Of a DNA stretch of 64,000 nt, positions 40,501 through 55,500 are shown one piece after another. Source of the DNA: Lytechinus pictus (lineage: Eukaryota); the NCBI RefSeq assembly GCF_037042905.1, contig NC_087245.1:6450001-6514000 (forward strand). Direction: 5' to 3'. Made by a program: the position numbers and the translations under genes. Positions within the stretch are counted from its first letter, which is position 1. Each line of letters opens with the position of its first letter. The notes beneath the pieces were generated by a model that worked only from the letters and a program-made list of their open reading frames with translations, did no database searches and was not told the DNA's origin.

Positions 40501-43500
40501 CCTCACCTGGCTTAAGTGCAGCACAATGTGGGTAAATTTCTTGCTGAAGGAAAACATGGCTTGGAACCGAACACACGTCCTTCATAATGAAAGACGAAAG
40601 TCTTAACCACTAGACCACGACACCCTCCCTCAAATTAAGATGTAAGATCGAAATAAGTAACAAGTAAATACTAGTCATTTTCTGTAACTTTCCTAATCAG
40701 AAAATGAAAGCACATCAGCATTTAGCAATGAACACAAAATTTCACATTAAAGTTTACGTGGTTCATATTGTATTACAAGTTGATCCTTTTTTGCAGAAAA
40801 CACAAGTGAGTGTGTAAACTAGTTTAAAATAACACCCTTTTCTTTAACCCTAAATCTCCCGGGGTATTTTGATTCTTGTCATTCCCGGGGGGGGGGGGGG
40901 GGGGGCATTATGGCCCCCCTTAAGATCTCGGCCGCGGATTGCGCGATCACAACGAAAATTTGCATGATGGTAGAGAATGATGTAATCTACGCAGGTAAAT
41001 TTCACTGAATTCATATAATTCTATTTTATATGAATTAATTATGCTAATTTATTCATGACATACTTTTTGCTCTGATTCACTAAATAAAGCTCCTAGAATG
41101 CTATTTTTCTGTGAAAATATTCTTTATAGCATTTCTAACAATTGTGAATGAAAATTTTTTTCTACCATGACCGATTTCTTTTTAATATGTATTTTATTGT
41201 GTTTTAAATTTCTTATGTATTTCTTTGTTTTTTACTTTTTGTTTTTTATTGCTTTTTTGATGGAAATAGTTCAAGACTTAATTCCGATCACAAACAAGGC
41301 AAAATTAATTAAGTTTAATCAGTAAAAGTAGAAATAATGATACATTTATGAATTTTGGCTAAATACACAATTTGCATTGGATTTGTACATGAAATCATGT
41401 TTATGACCAATTTTGGGTCTGACATGCACTTAAAGACCCTGACCGGTGTAAAAACAATCATATATCAAAATAAAGGTAATGATTCATACAATACGAATAT
41501 ACCAAAAATATTACATATATCTCCTTCCAATAGTTAAAAATATTAAACAAAAATCAAAGAAACTGCTCCTCCAAAGTACGCTTCGATTGAGCACCCCCAC
41601 GTCGCCTGGAAATGATGACGTCACGTTGTGTCAGGAGGGTTGTGATTCCATAGGTTTGTGTACAAAAGCATTGGGTATTTTCTTCCATTTCCATGTTATG
41701 AATCCATTTTTTTTTCGTTTTCAGATGAAAATGGCACTCAAAATTATTCACTGTTCAAATTGTTGTAAACCTACAACTATTCACTACCTTTTTTGTGATG
41801 TCTTTGTTTGGCTCTTATTGGGCCTAAATTGCTATGTCAGGAAAAGTTGTTATACATAATCTAAATGCAGATAGAATTGAAATCTGCGCCAAATAAGCAG
41901 GAAATAAAATATGGCAAAAACTAGTTCAAAACTGCAGATTTCATAAATTCAAGCTTGTGGGTAAAAATATATGTGATATCCCTCTGTGATAGAAGTGAAG
42001 AGAATGAAATGCGTTATCTGGAAAGCAAAAAAATCACCCAGTTTTTCTGTGTACAAACCTATGGAATCACGACGCTTCTTACACAACGTGACGTCACGGT
42101 CTTGAGGCAGGTGAAAAGCACAATAAAGCCTATTTTCTAAGCGGGGTTCGAAACCCGATACTTGGAATATTCTTAAGCAAAATACTCAGCTGGGAAGCGG
42201 TGAAAATGCATAAAGCATACCTTGGTGCATTTAGTAGCTTATAAGCTTTCGATTGGTATATAATTTATCAATTTCATTTTCGGGTCCGGTCTGGATCTTT
42301 AAATAATGTTGCATAATGTCGTAACCGCGTACCCGGGCGTCACAAATTTGGTCTCAATATTTGCGTGAGACTTGAAAGTAAAAAGTCAGAGAGCGGCAAG
42401 GTCAGAAAATTTTGCGCAGCAGATATATTGCGAAAATTGTCGAGGGGGGCCAGTATGCCCCCCCCCCCCCCCGGGAGAATTAGGGTTAATATTCATAGAA
42501 AGTCTGGATAGATGTTGTATCCAGACTAATTTATAATTTCAAATGAAAAAGGCTTTATAATGCTTTTCACTCCAGAAGGGAGTTCATTTGACCTCACTCT
42601 TAATATTTTTTTTTCATTTTGCTACAAATACAGATACTGAACTACCTGTCATCAACTGCCCGGCAAACATAATTCAACCAACAGACCCAGGAAGCTCATC
42701 TGCTTCTGTCACATGGCAAGTCACAAGTACAGATAATTCAGGGGAAACCCCTACCACTACATTATCAGCTGGTCCAGGCTTGTTTTCTGTGGGTTCTGTT
42801 GTAATTATTGCCATGGCAACAGATTCTTCAGGAAACACTGCCTCGTGTAACTTCACTGTCCAGATAATTGGTAAGTGCATTGAAATGGTTTCTGTAGAGA
42901 TGAATTAGGATTGTTGTTGTTTTGCAGTTAATCATCATATCAGCTAACTCTCTATTAAAGAATCATTGTTGTACCTTCTGTGCATGACAATGCCCTTTCA
43001 AGCAATAATACAAAAACAGATAAATGGTTCGAAGATAAATTTTTAGATCCACCCACCAGACACATGTTTTGGCCTGCCGGGTCATTGTCATCTTTTCATG
43101 TGTGTTTATCTCTCGGATGTATTTTTGTCTCACCTGCATAGCAGAGTGAGACTATAGGCGCTGCTTTTCCGACGGCGGCGGCGACTGCGGCGGCGTCAAC
43201 ACCAAATCTTAACCTGAGGTTAAGTTTTTGAAATGACAGCATAACTTAAAAAGTTAATGGACCTAGTTCATGAAACTTGGCCATAAGGTTAATCAAGTAT
43301 TACTAAACATCCTGCCTGAGTTTCATGTCACATGACCAAGGTCAAAGGTCATTTAGGGTCAATGAACTTAGACCATGTTGGGGGAATCAACATCAAAATC
43401 TTAACCTAAGGTTAAGTTTTTGAAATGTCATCATAACTTAGAAAATATATGGACCTAGTTCATGAAAATTACATGTATACATATGGTTAATCAAGTATCA

Positions 43501-46500
43501 CTGAACATCCTGCATGAGTTTCACGTCACATGACCAAGGTCAAAGGTCAATTAGGGTCAATGAACTTTGGCCGAATTGGGGGTATCTGTTGAATTACCAT
43601 CGTAACTTTGAAAGTTTATGGATCTGATTCATGAAACTTGGACATAATAGTAATCAAGTATTACTGAACATCCTGTGCAAGTTTCAGGTCACATGATCAA
43701 GGTCAAAGGTCATTTAGGGTCAATGAACTTTGGCCAAATTGGGGTATTTGTTGAATTACAGCCATAACTTTGAAAGTGTGTTGGTCTAGTTCATAAAACT
43801 TGGACATAAGAGTAATCAAGTATCACTGAACATCCTGTGCACATTTTAGGTCACATGACCAAGGTCAAAGGTCAATGAACTTTGGCCATAATGGGGGTAT
43901 CTTTTGAATTACCATCATAACTCCGACAGTGTATGGATCTGACTCTTGAAACTTGGACATAAGAGTAATCAAGTATCACTAAACATCCTGTGCGAGTTTC
44001 AGGTCACATGATCAAGGTCAAAGGTCATGTAAGGTCAATGAACTTTGGCCACGTTGGGGGTATTTGTTGAATTACCTTCATATCTCTGTAAGTGTATTGG
44101 TCTAGTTCATAAAACGTGGAAATAAGAGTAACCAAGTATCACTGAACATCTTGGGCGAGCTATAGTAGTTTTCAAAATCAGCACTGCTGCTATATTGAAT
44201 CGCGTGATGCAGGTGAGACCGCCAGAGGCATTCCACTTGTTATAGTCAATATAATCGTTGAAGGAATACTAAAAACTGAAATTTGACCATTCTGTCCAAA
44301 ACAACTTTTAATGTCCTCTACAGAAATTTGCACAGTACGACTTATGGGTTTTGCCATGCTTTGTCACATATGTAATGTTTTGCGGAAATGGGGTCAAAGG
44401 TAATAATTTATATAACTAATAATGCACAAAATTTATGAAAGTCCTTATAGAAATTTTTCAAAGCGCTGAAGGTTGAAATAAATATTAATATATCACCGAT
44501 TTTCATTGATATGGATGAATGAAAAAGTTGTCTTCTGATTTATAGAATTAATGTATACACAAATCACATTCAACCTCTTTATGCTTGTAGGAGTTTGGGT
44601 CTGATATGTTATTTAGAGTTTTTACTAATACAACATTGACTTTCATATAGATGAGGAAGCTCCAACGATCTCATGCCCAGACAACATAACAGTTACAACT
44701 GATATGGGTGCATCTTCAGCTATCGTTACTTGGGTAGGACCATTCGCATCAGACAACTCTGGCCAAACAACTGTGCAGACAGATGGCTCTCCAGGCCTCT
44801 TACCTATTGGGATCAAGATGGTCACTAGTACAGCAGTGGATGGGGCTGGAAATGAGGCTCACTGTAGTTTCTGGGTGAATGTTCAAGGTGAGGATTGTCC
44901 TTTCATTCAATGCGAAGCTAGTATTACGTGTAGTAAATTGGAAATGCTGTAGAAATTGTTAAATTTGTGCATTATATCGAGCACCTTACCATACATGTAG
45001 TTCTGTAACTTTGCCTACATAGCAGTGGTGTCACCATTGATATCTTAACCAATATTGAGTGTTTGAAATGTTATGTTCTCATATCTTAAGAAGTATATGG
45101 ATCTATTTCATGAAACTTTGACATGAAGGTATGCAAGTCGGGAGCCTTTAAACAACAAGCTCTGCTTTTACCTTTGGCTGCACATATCCACACCTCTCAT
45201 TTTCTTTCTTGTCATTATATTACAACCGTTTACAAGAATACATTATAGTACTTTTTTTTTTCTCCTAAATATATTAAGTATACATTTCATATTTAACAAT
45301 ATTTATTTATGCTTACCTATGATAATTTGTATTGTATAATATTGTTTGTATTGTACAATATTGTTTGTATTGAGTTGTTGACTTTGTTGAAAATGTGAGA
45401 TGTTGTTGATATGTAAATAAACCTTGAAACCTTGAAACCTATACTTATCACTGAACATCCTGTTGGAATATCAGGTTACATGACCAAGGTACAGGTCATT
45501 TAGCGTCAATGAACTTTGACCATGTTTTGGGTATTTGTTGAAATGCCATCGTTACTTTGAAAGTTTGTGGATCTAGTTCATGAAACTTGCCAAAAGGGTA
45601 ATCAAGTATCACTGATCATCTTGCAAGTCTGAGGTCATATGATCAAGGTCAAAGGTCATTTAGGGTCAGTGAAGCTAGTATTTTTTATTCGTAATAATCT
45701 TGTGAATAATTATTTATTTTAGTTGTTTTCAAAGTCAGCACTGCTGCTATTTTGAATTGCATAATGGAGGCGAGACTGTCAGAGATGTTCCCCTTGTTTG
45801 TATGCTGAATTAGATAATTAAATGAAAAAAACCCTGCTTTAAAACCTGATGTGGCTCAGACATTTGCTACGTTTTTTTTTAAAGGATTTCTTTCTAGGAA
45901 AAGATCTTGCATGTAAGTGCATTTTATGGTACTTCACTTAGTGTCATGTGGACCCGTTATTCAGCGTACATGTCAAGCTAAACCCTTTTTCCCTGTTTGT
46001 TTAGCTGCGTTGAATATGATGTATGTTAAATATTTTTTATTGTATGCATTGTTAATGTAATTTCTAAGCGCTTTATTTAAATCAATTTTCATTATATTAC
46101 CTCATTTTGGTCATGTCGGATGATCATTCTGGCAATAGAAAGTTTTGTCCAATTTTAAGTCAATCAATTATTATCTAGGTTGATGTTACAATTCTTTAAT
46201 TTTGATATTGTAGATATGGATGTACCAATATATATTTCTTGAAGTATTATTCTCTGAATTAGACATATGTTTAGAATTGTGTCTTTGTACTAATCCCAAA
46301 TTCACTCTGCTGATGTTTAGATAAAATCTTAATCTTTAAAGCTTTATTTTAAATAACATCCACCAATTTTCTAGAATTCCCTGAAGCAGTTTTATATTCT
46401 GAATAATATACTTGTGTCAAACCTACCAAATTACACTTTAAATGTGGTACTCGGGAGCAACTATTTTCACTCATAATGGTTGTAAGTTATTTAAATGCAA

Positions 46501-49500
46501 AACCCTGGGGTCACTGGCATTTGAGAGTGGACAGCATCCGCAAAAAGGTTTTTGTTTCAAGGGTAGGAGCGGAACGCAAATATATTGTGGAATAAGCCCA
46601 AAATGAGAAAAGAAGAACCCCTGAAGCACTGTGGCATGAAATGTTAATAGAGTATGTAATTTGCAAATACGGGACATCTGCACAAAAATTCCTGTTTAGA
46701 GTGTGCAAATCTGTGAAGATTTTTTTTTTTTGGGGGGGAGGGGGGATCTGCAAAACATCTGGGTTTAGAGTTTCCTAGTAGCCTGACTTTAAGGAGAATT
46801 CTCATGGATACTGTCCACTCTTCAATTTGGCAGTGACTGTGACCCCCATGTACTTGAAACCCCCTGCTGTATTGTTTATTTTATCCTCAGATTTGGAGAA
46901 TCCAATAGTGTCCTGCCCATTAGACATTACAGCTGAACTGGCAGCAAATCCTGTTTTATGGGATGCCACAGCTACTGATAACTCAGAGGAAATTGCTAAT
47001 CTCAGCAGTAGTCCCTTACCTGCAGATCTAATCCTTGGGGAAAACATAGTGACAGTGATAGCAGTGGACCCCTCTGGCAACAAAGCAGAGTGCACTTTTA
47101 CTGTCACTTTAACTGGTGAGTTTGATCTTCTGTTTACATGTCCATCAATTTCTTATAAATCCATCCATTATGCCTTATGTTGGTTTAGTAGCAAAAACAT
47201 ATTCATTATTTATAGTTCAAAATAGCATTTTGCCTTTTATTATGTTTTTCTTTAGCATTTTTTTTTCAGATGAAATAGGTTCATCAAACATGAGATTGAT
47301 TAAATAAAAAGACTTTGAATCTTCACTTCCTATGGAATTTATGATTATTTTGTTAGAAATACTCAACATGGTAATTTAAGGTCAACAAGTCGACTTTTAA
47401 CCAAGATGTTTTTTAGATTAGTAAAATGATTGGGAAAATGGATGGCAAATGTTTGATGAAATTAAAGATAATATTGTGCCCATCAGATACCACTGCACCC
47501 AGTATCACCTGTCCGGCTGATGTCTCTGCCACTGTGGCTACTGATGAATCAAGTGTGACCCTTACCTGGGATGAACCTTCAGCTACAGACCTCTCTGGTG
47601 ATGTGACAGTCACAGTTTCGCATTCTCCGGGAGTTTATACTATCGGTCAAATCACTGTGACAGCCAATGCAACAGATTCTTCTGGGAACCAAGCAAATTG
47701 TGTCTTTTTGTTGACAATTCAAGGTAGATTTATGGGGTTGATTGAGATGTGAATTAAAGTTTATTTAGACTTTAAGCACAACATTGCTGATAAAGATATA
47801 TTTTTGCAGAGTATTTTCTTTCATAATATAAGTTGTAAAGTGTATCGGTTTGTTCCTGCTGAATGTTTCCTTTTAAACCATTTGTCCTTGTCCATCACTA
47901 TGTTTATACATTAAACCTGTAGATGACTCTGTACTCACTGTAAGAATGTACATTTAATTTTTTGATTTAAATTTAAATGTTTTTAGAGATAAAAAGCGAC
48001 TGAAACGAATAAAAAAAATTAATTTTGTAAAAGAATGTAAAAAACTAGTTGATATCAAGGTTTATCAAGGATATCAAAGTAGCCCTTGAAGACTGCATGC
48101 ACTAATTTTTCAGAGGCTCTATTTGTTCTCAATGTTTTGAAAATAAAATTCACCCTAAAATTAGATATTGAACCCATACTCAAGACCTGAGTTTAAAAAA
48201 AAAATCTCTTTGTAGATTTGCAACATCCCATGATCAGGAATTGCCCAGCTTCTATATCGGTAAACACTGATAGTGGACTAGCCACTGCAGTGGTTATTTG
48301 GACACCACCATCAGCATCAGATAATTCTGGCTCTGTTTCTCTGACCTCCAACCACTACCCTGGGGATACCTTTCCTATCGGAAGCACTCGTGTGACTTAC
48401 ACAGCAACTGATAGTTCAGGGAATTTCGTCATGACTTGTACGTTTGACATTGCAGTGAATGGTGAGTTTTAATGGTTTCGGTATATTGGAATTATATATT
48501 TATTTTTTTCAGTATATATTTTGTTTGATTCAAATCATAATCTGTAGTTTCTGTACTATTGAAGTAAATCTGATGATCCTATTTCATGATTATCTTGCCT
48601 TCATGGAATGAAGGTAGCTGGATGTCTGTTACTTACTTTTCATTTTGTACACTTGTACACTATTTGACACATTAACTTCATTAAAAAAATATTGGAGTGA
48701 CAGTGATCTGAGTGGGCTTGGTGTAAGAAGGTAAAAGTTTAATGGAAAATACAAAGAGGTGAATTCATTTTTGTATTTCCAACAAAAATAACAATCATCC
48801 CTTAGAGATATATGAATTTTAATCATTCTTTTGTGTGGTTATTGGCTCATTAATGTCCATCTCTGACCAATTCCAACATATTAAGTAGAATCATAGAGGT
48901 GAGGAGGACATGATTTTCTCCTTTTTTTTGGGGGGGGGGGGTGGGGTGGAAGTCATCTCAAACATATTTCATACATCATCTTGAAGAAAGTGATGCAGAC
49001 AGAGTTCTTGCTTTATCTTTTTTTTCTTGTAGATAATGAAAGACCTGTAATATCTGGATGTCCAAGCTCAATCTCAGTGAATACAGACAGTGGTGTTGCG
49101 TCATGGGCTGCAAATTGGACAGAACCTACAGCTACCGACAACTCTGGCATACAGACATTAATATCAGATTATTATCCTGGCTATCCCATGCCTATTGGCT
49201 CTACTACAGTAACATACACATCAACAGATGTCACAGGATACAGTGCAACTTGCATGTTTGTAGTGACAGTCATTGGTATGTATGAATGGACAGCATGTGA
49301 AATTATTATTTAGATGTAGGCTTTTAGAGGCGCAGATATTTTGTGACGTCTTGCGAGGTTTTTTCAAAGAGACAAAATATTAAAACTTATTTTTAATGTG
49401 TATGCCTATGAAAACCATCCAAAATAGAAAATATTGGATGGTTTTCAGAGGCATATTAAAAATCCAATATTTTCCATATTGGATGAAATGAATATTTTGC

Positions 49501-52500
49501 TCCGCCCATAAGATTATCATTGGTTAATAAATGATTGTGCGCATGAGGTTCTTGTTACGTCACAATGAAATTGCATTGCGTATTAGTTGCCAGAATGTGT
49601 GGCAAAGGAGCGTAAATTTATTGAATTCAAATGTGCTTTTACTATATGCTAGCGCATCTTTACATAGATTTCTTTTAAAAAAAAGGACAATACTCTGTCG
49701 CCATGCTTATGATTTACAGGATTGACATAAAATGGTGAATAAATGCAAGTTTTTGCTTTATCAATTTATGTTTAGCTTTTTCAGGGTATTTGAATAATAA
49801 TAATATGGGATGGCCAATTTTTGTGGGATTTGAGAAATTATTGTTACTCGCTGAAGAACAATATAGTGCGTATCCAAAAAAAGTTTACACTCAGAAATAA
49901 TCCTGTAAATTTATATATTTGTAATATCCTGAAGGTTTATCCACATTGGTACAGATCTCTTTAAGCAAATGACGATATAACTCAAAAAATCTTTCCGCGT
50001 GAGTGAGCAACACTTTCGAGAAGTTTGTGAAAAAAGATTTGCACAGAACTTGGAAATAGTTATATGGATAAGAGTTGATGTTAGTCATGAAGAACAGATG
50101 GACTATATGTAGGAAGATTGATTTGAAGATATATTTTACCCTTTTTTACTTGTTTCTTTGCCAAGACACTTCAGAGCGCAATTTTGCCCCTATCCCCTCC
50201 CCATGAACCGAGACCGTTCAGTTATGTCCTCAGATCCGGCTGGCACAAAAATGGTAAAGTTTGTGCTTACATAGGGTAAAATGTGAATTTAGGTGGCAAA
50301 GTAGTTACGATATGCTTTAATGTATGTTTTTTTAAATGGGTTAAAAATGCAAAAGAAATGCATAAGAGATGTATTGCACTGTCAGTTGGTTTTTGCCTTT
50401 TTTTGGACACAGCGTGAAAATGAGCATTTCTGTGCAAACTGATTTCTGCGAGCTTTATTTTTACTTTGGTATGAGAGATGAGACCCAAACTCCAAAACAT
50501 ATATAAAAAATTATCCCCCTGTTGTACATTTTTAAATTCCCAGGGCTTTTTCAAATTATAAAATTTTTATTGATACACACTGTTTTTCTACGCATCCCAC
50601 CCAAGGCCATCCGATATTCCCTAAGTGAATGTATACTTTGTCTGACAGGGCTTTTGGAGTTGTCTTTGTTCACAAAGTTTTCATTTGCTGTGTAATCAGC
50701 TTACAAAGAATAATGATAATTCTAATAAACATTGTAGAATAGATGGAAGGAGGTTGGTGTGATTTTTTATTTGGAACTTTGTCATTACTATGTGTATAAG
50801 AGTGCTGTACAAACCCTACAGAAAGCAACCTTTAATATATTACCATGTGATTGATGCTTAGCTGTAGCTGCTAGTATTATTAACCCTTATTAATGGGGGG
50901 AGGGGTCAATTTGACTCCCCCCTCAACAAATTTCATCACTACCCCCTCGCGCAAAGTTTTTTGATCCCGCCGCTCACTGACTTTTTACTTTCAAGTCTTG
51001 CGCATCTTTTGAGACCAAAATTGCGACGCCCGGGGACGCGGTTCTGAAATTACGCAACATCATGTAAGTGCATGTACAAAGTCAATGCAAATTACATGTA
51101 TGTTTTTCAACCAAAAATCATAGATGTATGATTATTTTTACTTTTGTTGGTTTAAATGGATTTATTTCATGCTATTTATAATTGCAGAAGGGTCCCTGAC
51201 AAAATTCATTGGAAAAAACAATAAAAAACAAAGGTTTGAAAAAACAAAGAAATACATTTAAGAATAAAAAACAATAAAATACATAAGAAATCAATTACAT
51301 TTTTGCAATTTTTTTGTAGATATTTGTTAGAAATATAATTATTATACTCCTACCAAAAATTAGCATTCTACTAGCTATATAAATTGAGTTAAAGGCAAAA
51401 ACATGCACAAAAAACAAAATTTAGGGCAAATTTCATACGCTTATTTGCATAATTAATTAATTAAAAATATAAAGAATTTCAAAAAAAGTTTACCATACAG
51501 TCTTGTAGTTTACATTTTACGCGGCGATCGCATGATCAGTGGCCGAGATCTGAGGGGGGGGGGGTCAAAATGACCCCCCCCAGTATATACTGGTCTGAAA
51601 TAGCCCAGTTAATGTCAGTCAAATGTGAAAGTTCTGACTTAATACTTGCATAGAATATAACAAAGCTTTGATGGGAGTATTTTAGTCACATTAATATTGT
51701 AAAGGGGTAGGGGTAAAACAATTTTCTGAAGTTCAAACCAGGTTGAATTTATGTTATGACAGAGAGCCTGAAGGCAAGCTTACTATTTGTTTACGTTCAA
51801 TATCACAGATAATGAAAGACCAATTATTTCAGGATGTCCAAGCTCTATTACGTTGAATGCAGATAATGACAAGTCTACAGCAACCGTTATGTGGACAGAA
51901 CCTACTGCTTCTGATAATGCTGGATTTCAGACTTTGACATCAGATTATAGTTCAGGAAGTTCTTTCCCTGGTGGAACTACCAATGTAACTTACATATCTA
52001 CTGATGATGCTGGAAATACCCAGATTTGCAGTTTTGATGTTACTGTGATTGGTAGGTATAAGAGATGTATTGTGAAGTTATTAACATATTTATGGGTTTT
52101 TATAGGACAAGGGAGTTCAATATTTAAAAAGTTATATAAGAGTCAGCTGTTTGTGAAGATATTTGGAAGAGATTCATCTCCTATACACAAAGACTTTGAG
52201 TGTTATGCAATTATTGATGTTCAAGTTCAGTTAATCAATAAACAATTTAAATTATATGGCCATGCGCTTCACTGTTTGTAAGTTAGAAAGAAAATATTGC
52301 ATGAATCTTTCTTCGTGGGAGATGATTTACTACACTGCTCACATTATTTCTCTGTAGGCCAAGACAATCTTTTAGTATGCCTATTTAAAAAAAATAAAAA
52401 TAATTGTTTGATTCTGTGGTAGACAGTTGGTATCATGCCTTTTTCAATACCGGGTATTTGTATTTTAGGTAATGCATCAGTTACAGTTTCAGGATCATTA

Positions 52501-55500
52501 GCCATTGCTGGTACATTCACTGCTGAATTGACAGATTCAAGTTCTGAACTCTTCCAGAGTACAGCTGCTGACCTTGTTAGTGGGGTAAGTTCAAAATATT
52601 TTTGGAATTCAGTACCTCCTTGAAGTATGTAATAGATACCGATATTGTAAAATATTCCCAAAATTTTGCTGGCATTTGTTTTGGTTATTCTCTCTGTAAC
52701 TAAACCATAAGGAGAAATGATTTGTCATGTTCCATGTGTAGAATTATAGGATTCTGTGTTAGTAGGTACAGTGTATGTTGCATTGCCATCCTGTTCTAAG
52801 ATATTGATGGAAAAAATGTGTGCATCACTGTTTGTGTGAGAAATATGCTACTTTAAAAAAATAATTTTAATGCTGTTATGCATTCCATTGAGCTCATAAT
52901 AAAGGGAATTTCCGAAAATATATCAATATAGGCTTATGATAAGCAGAGTACAAGATGATTTACTGCCAATGCAGAGAAATTATTTATATAAGATTTATAG
53001 ATAAAGAAACAGTTATTGTACCACGTCATGTGATTTATTTTGAATAAAGTTTTGTTTAACATCAGATTCTTTTTCTTTCCTTGTAGTTTGATGTCATTTT
53101 TGAGCCACTAGGATCACAGTACTTAGGAAGTACTGTCAATGGTTTTAGGTAAGTGCCTCTGCAGACTCTTTCAATGATGCCAAATTTGCACATTTCATGT
53201 TGATGTTAATGTTTTCTTTAAAACCCCCTTTTCCCCCCTTCTAGACTGGACACATTATGGTATCACGCTTGGTGTCCGTACGTCTGTTTGTCTCTCCGTC
53301 CGTTAAATTTTCCTTGTAAACGTGATAACTGCAGTTTAACTTAAACTAGGCTCATATTATTTGGTGTGTATAATACTAGCATGGATTCCAGAAGCATATC
53401 GATTTTGAGGTCAAAAGGTCAAAGTTCAAGGTCACAGTGACATGTTTTCATCTCACCCTTCTGCAGTCCTTGTAAACGCGATAACTTTAGTATAACCTAA
53501 CCTATAGGCTCATATAATTTGGTGTGTATGATACTAGCACAGTTCCCAGGAATTCTCTTGATTTTGAGGTCAGACAGTCAAAGGTGAAGTCACCATCTTC
53601 CACTTTTCTTGCTTGACCAATAACTCTATTTTCCATGTTATAGGCAAGCGTATTATGTGCTCGCCTTAGCGACACACTTGTTGTGTATTATTTAAAAAAA
53701 AAATACAAGGTATGAAAAATATTGAATTTAAGTTAATTTGATGATTATTCAAACTACATTAGATGATAACTCAAAAATTTTATCAATCTTTTAAAAGTGC
53801 ATTTCTCATTATAATACAAGAACTATGCGCGATATTATAGAATTTCAAACATTTATTCTGGCATCACTCTTTTTTATTGATATTTTGCCTGCCAATTGGC
53901 ATTATTGTGGTAATGTTTAGAATCTTGATCAAATATTGACAAACTTGAGATATATATTTTATCTTGCCTGCATAATAGGACGAGACCATAGGCGCTGCTT
54001 TTCCTACGACGGCGGCTGCATCAACATTGAAATCTTAACCTAAGATTTATTTTTTCAAGCAACTTAATAACTTAGAAAGTATATGGACCAAGTTTATGAA
54101 ACTTTGACATAAGATTAATCAAGTAATTTTGAAAATCCTGCCTGAGTTTCAGGTCACATGATGAAGGTCAAAGGTCATTTTGGGTCAATTAACTTAGACC
54201 ATGTTGGGGGAAGCAACATCCAAAACTTAACCTCTGGTTAAGTTTATGAAATGTCATAACTTAGAAAGTATATTAACCTAGTTGATGAAACTGGACATAA
54301 GGGTAATGAAGTATTACTGAATATCCTGCCTGAGTTTCAAAGGTAATTTAGGGTCAATGAACTTTGGGCATGTTGGGGGGTATTTGCTTCATTACCATCA
54401 TAACTTTTAAAGTTTATGGATCTAGTTCATAAAACTTGGACATACTATAAGAGTAATCAATTATCACTAAATTTCCCATGCGGTCATACAACCAGGGTCA
54501 ATGGTCATTTAAGGTCAATGAACTTTGGCCATGTTGGGGGTAATTGTTTAATTGCTGTCATAACTGAAAGTTTATGGATATAGTTCATGAAATTTGGACA
54601 TAGGGGTAATCAAATACATGTATCGCTGAGCATGCAGAAGTCTTAGGTCACATGATCAAGGTCAAATGTCATTCAGGGTCACTGAATGTAATATATCATT
54701 ATAGTTAATAGTGGTTGCGTAGTTAGATACGAGCTGTGATTGGTGGAATTGGTACCACGTGACCTCCCTTAAAAAAGTTATATTGTAAATATGTACAATA
54801 TAACCTGTGTTAAATGAATGGGGAGAATATCGATTAGGGTCTAATGGCACTGCATATTTAGCCAGTCAGTCCTGTGTGTTTGCATTTACTATGCAATGCG
54901 TTAAATCTTATTTTTGATAGTCACTTTTTCCTGACTTGTGCAATTATAGACGGTACAATTTGGATGTACGTGTGCAACGACCAGTACAAATGTTTGACAT
55001 TCAGCCTACCATTTGCTTGCGTACAACAAGCTAAGTAGGCATCGTACAATTTACTATAATAAATAGTGAACATTCTATCATACAATCTTAGTGGACTATA
55101 ATGAGCTCCAAATATAAAATTATCCCTCATGCAGGTCTATTTCACCTCGACCTTTGGCCTTGGTGAAATAAACCTGCACTCAAGATAATTTTATATTTGT
55201 CGTACATATCCAGTATATTGTACAATAGATTGTACACTATTTATATAATTTGAATGGGGTTTTATGTGAGTAAATAGTTTATAGTAGTTTTCAAAGTCAG
55301 CACTGCTGCTATATTGAATTGCATAATGCAGGTGAGACTGCCAGGGGCTCTCCACTTGTTTAACATAGCTCTTGAAATTTGGCACAAATATTCATTTTGG
55401 TAAAGACAAGCATGATTCATATTCCAAATGTGTTGGAAACTGTGTTGTTGTGGTAATGACATAGGGTGGGGTATTATTAATCACCTTCAATAATATTTCT

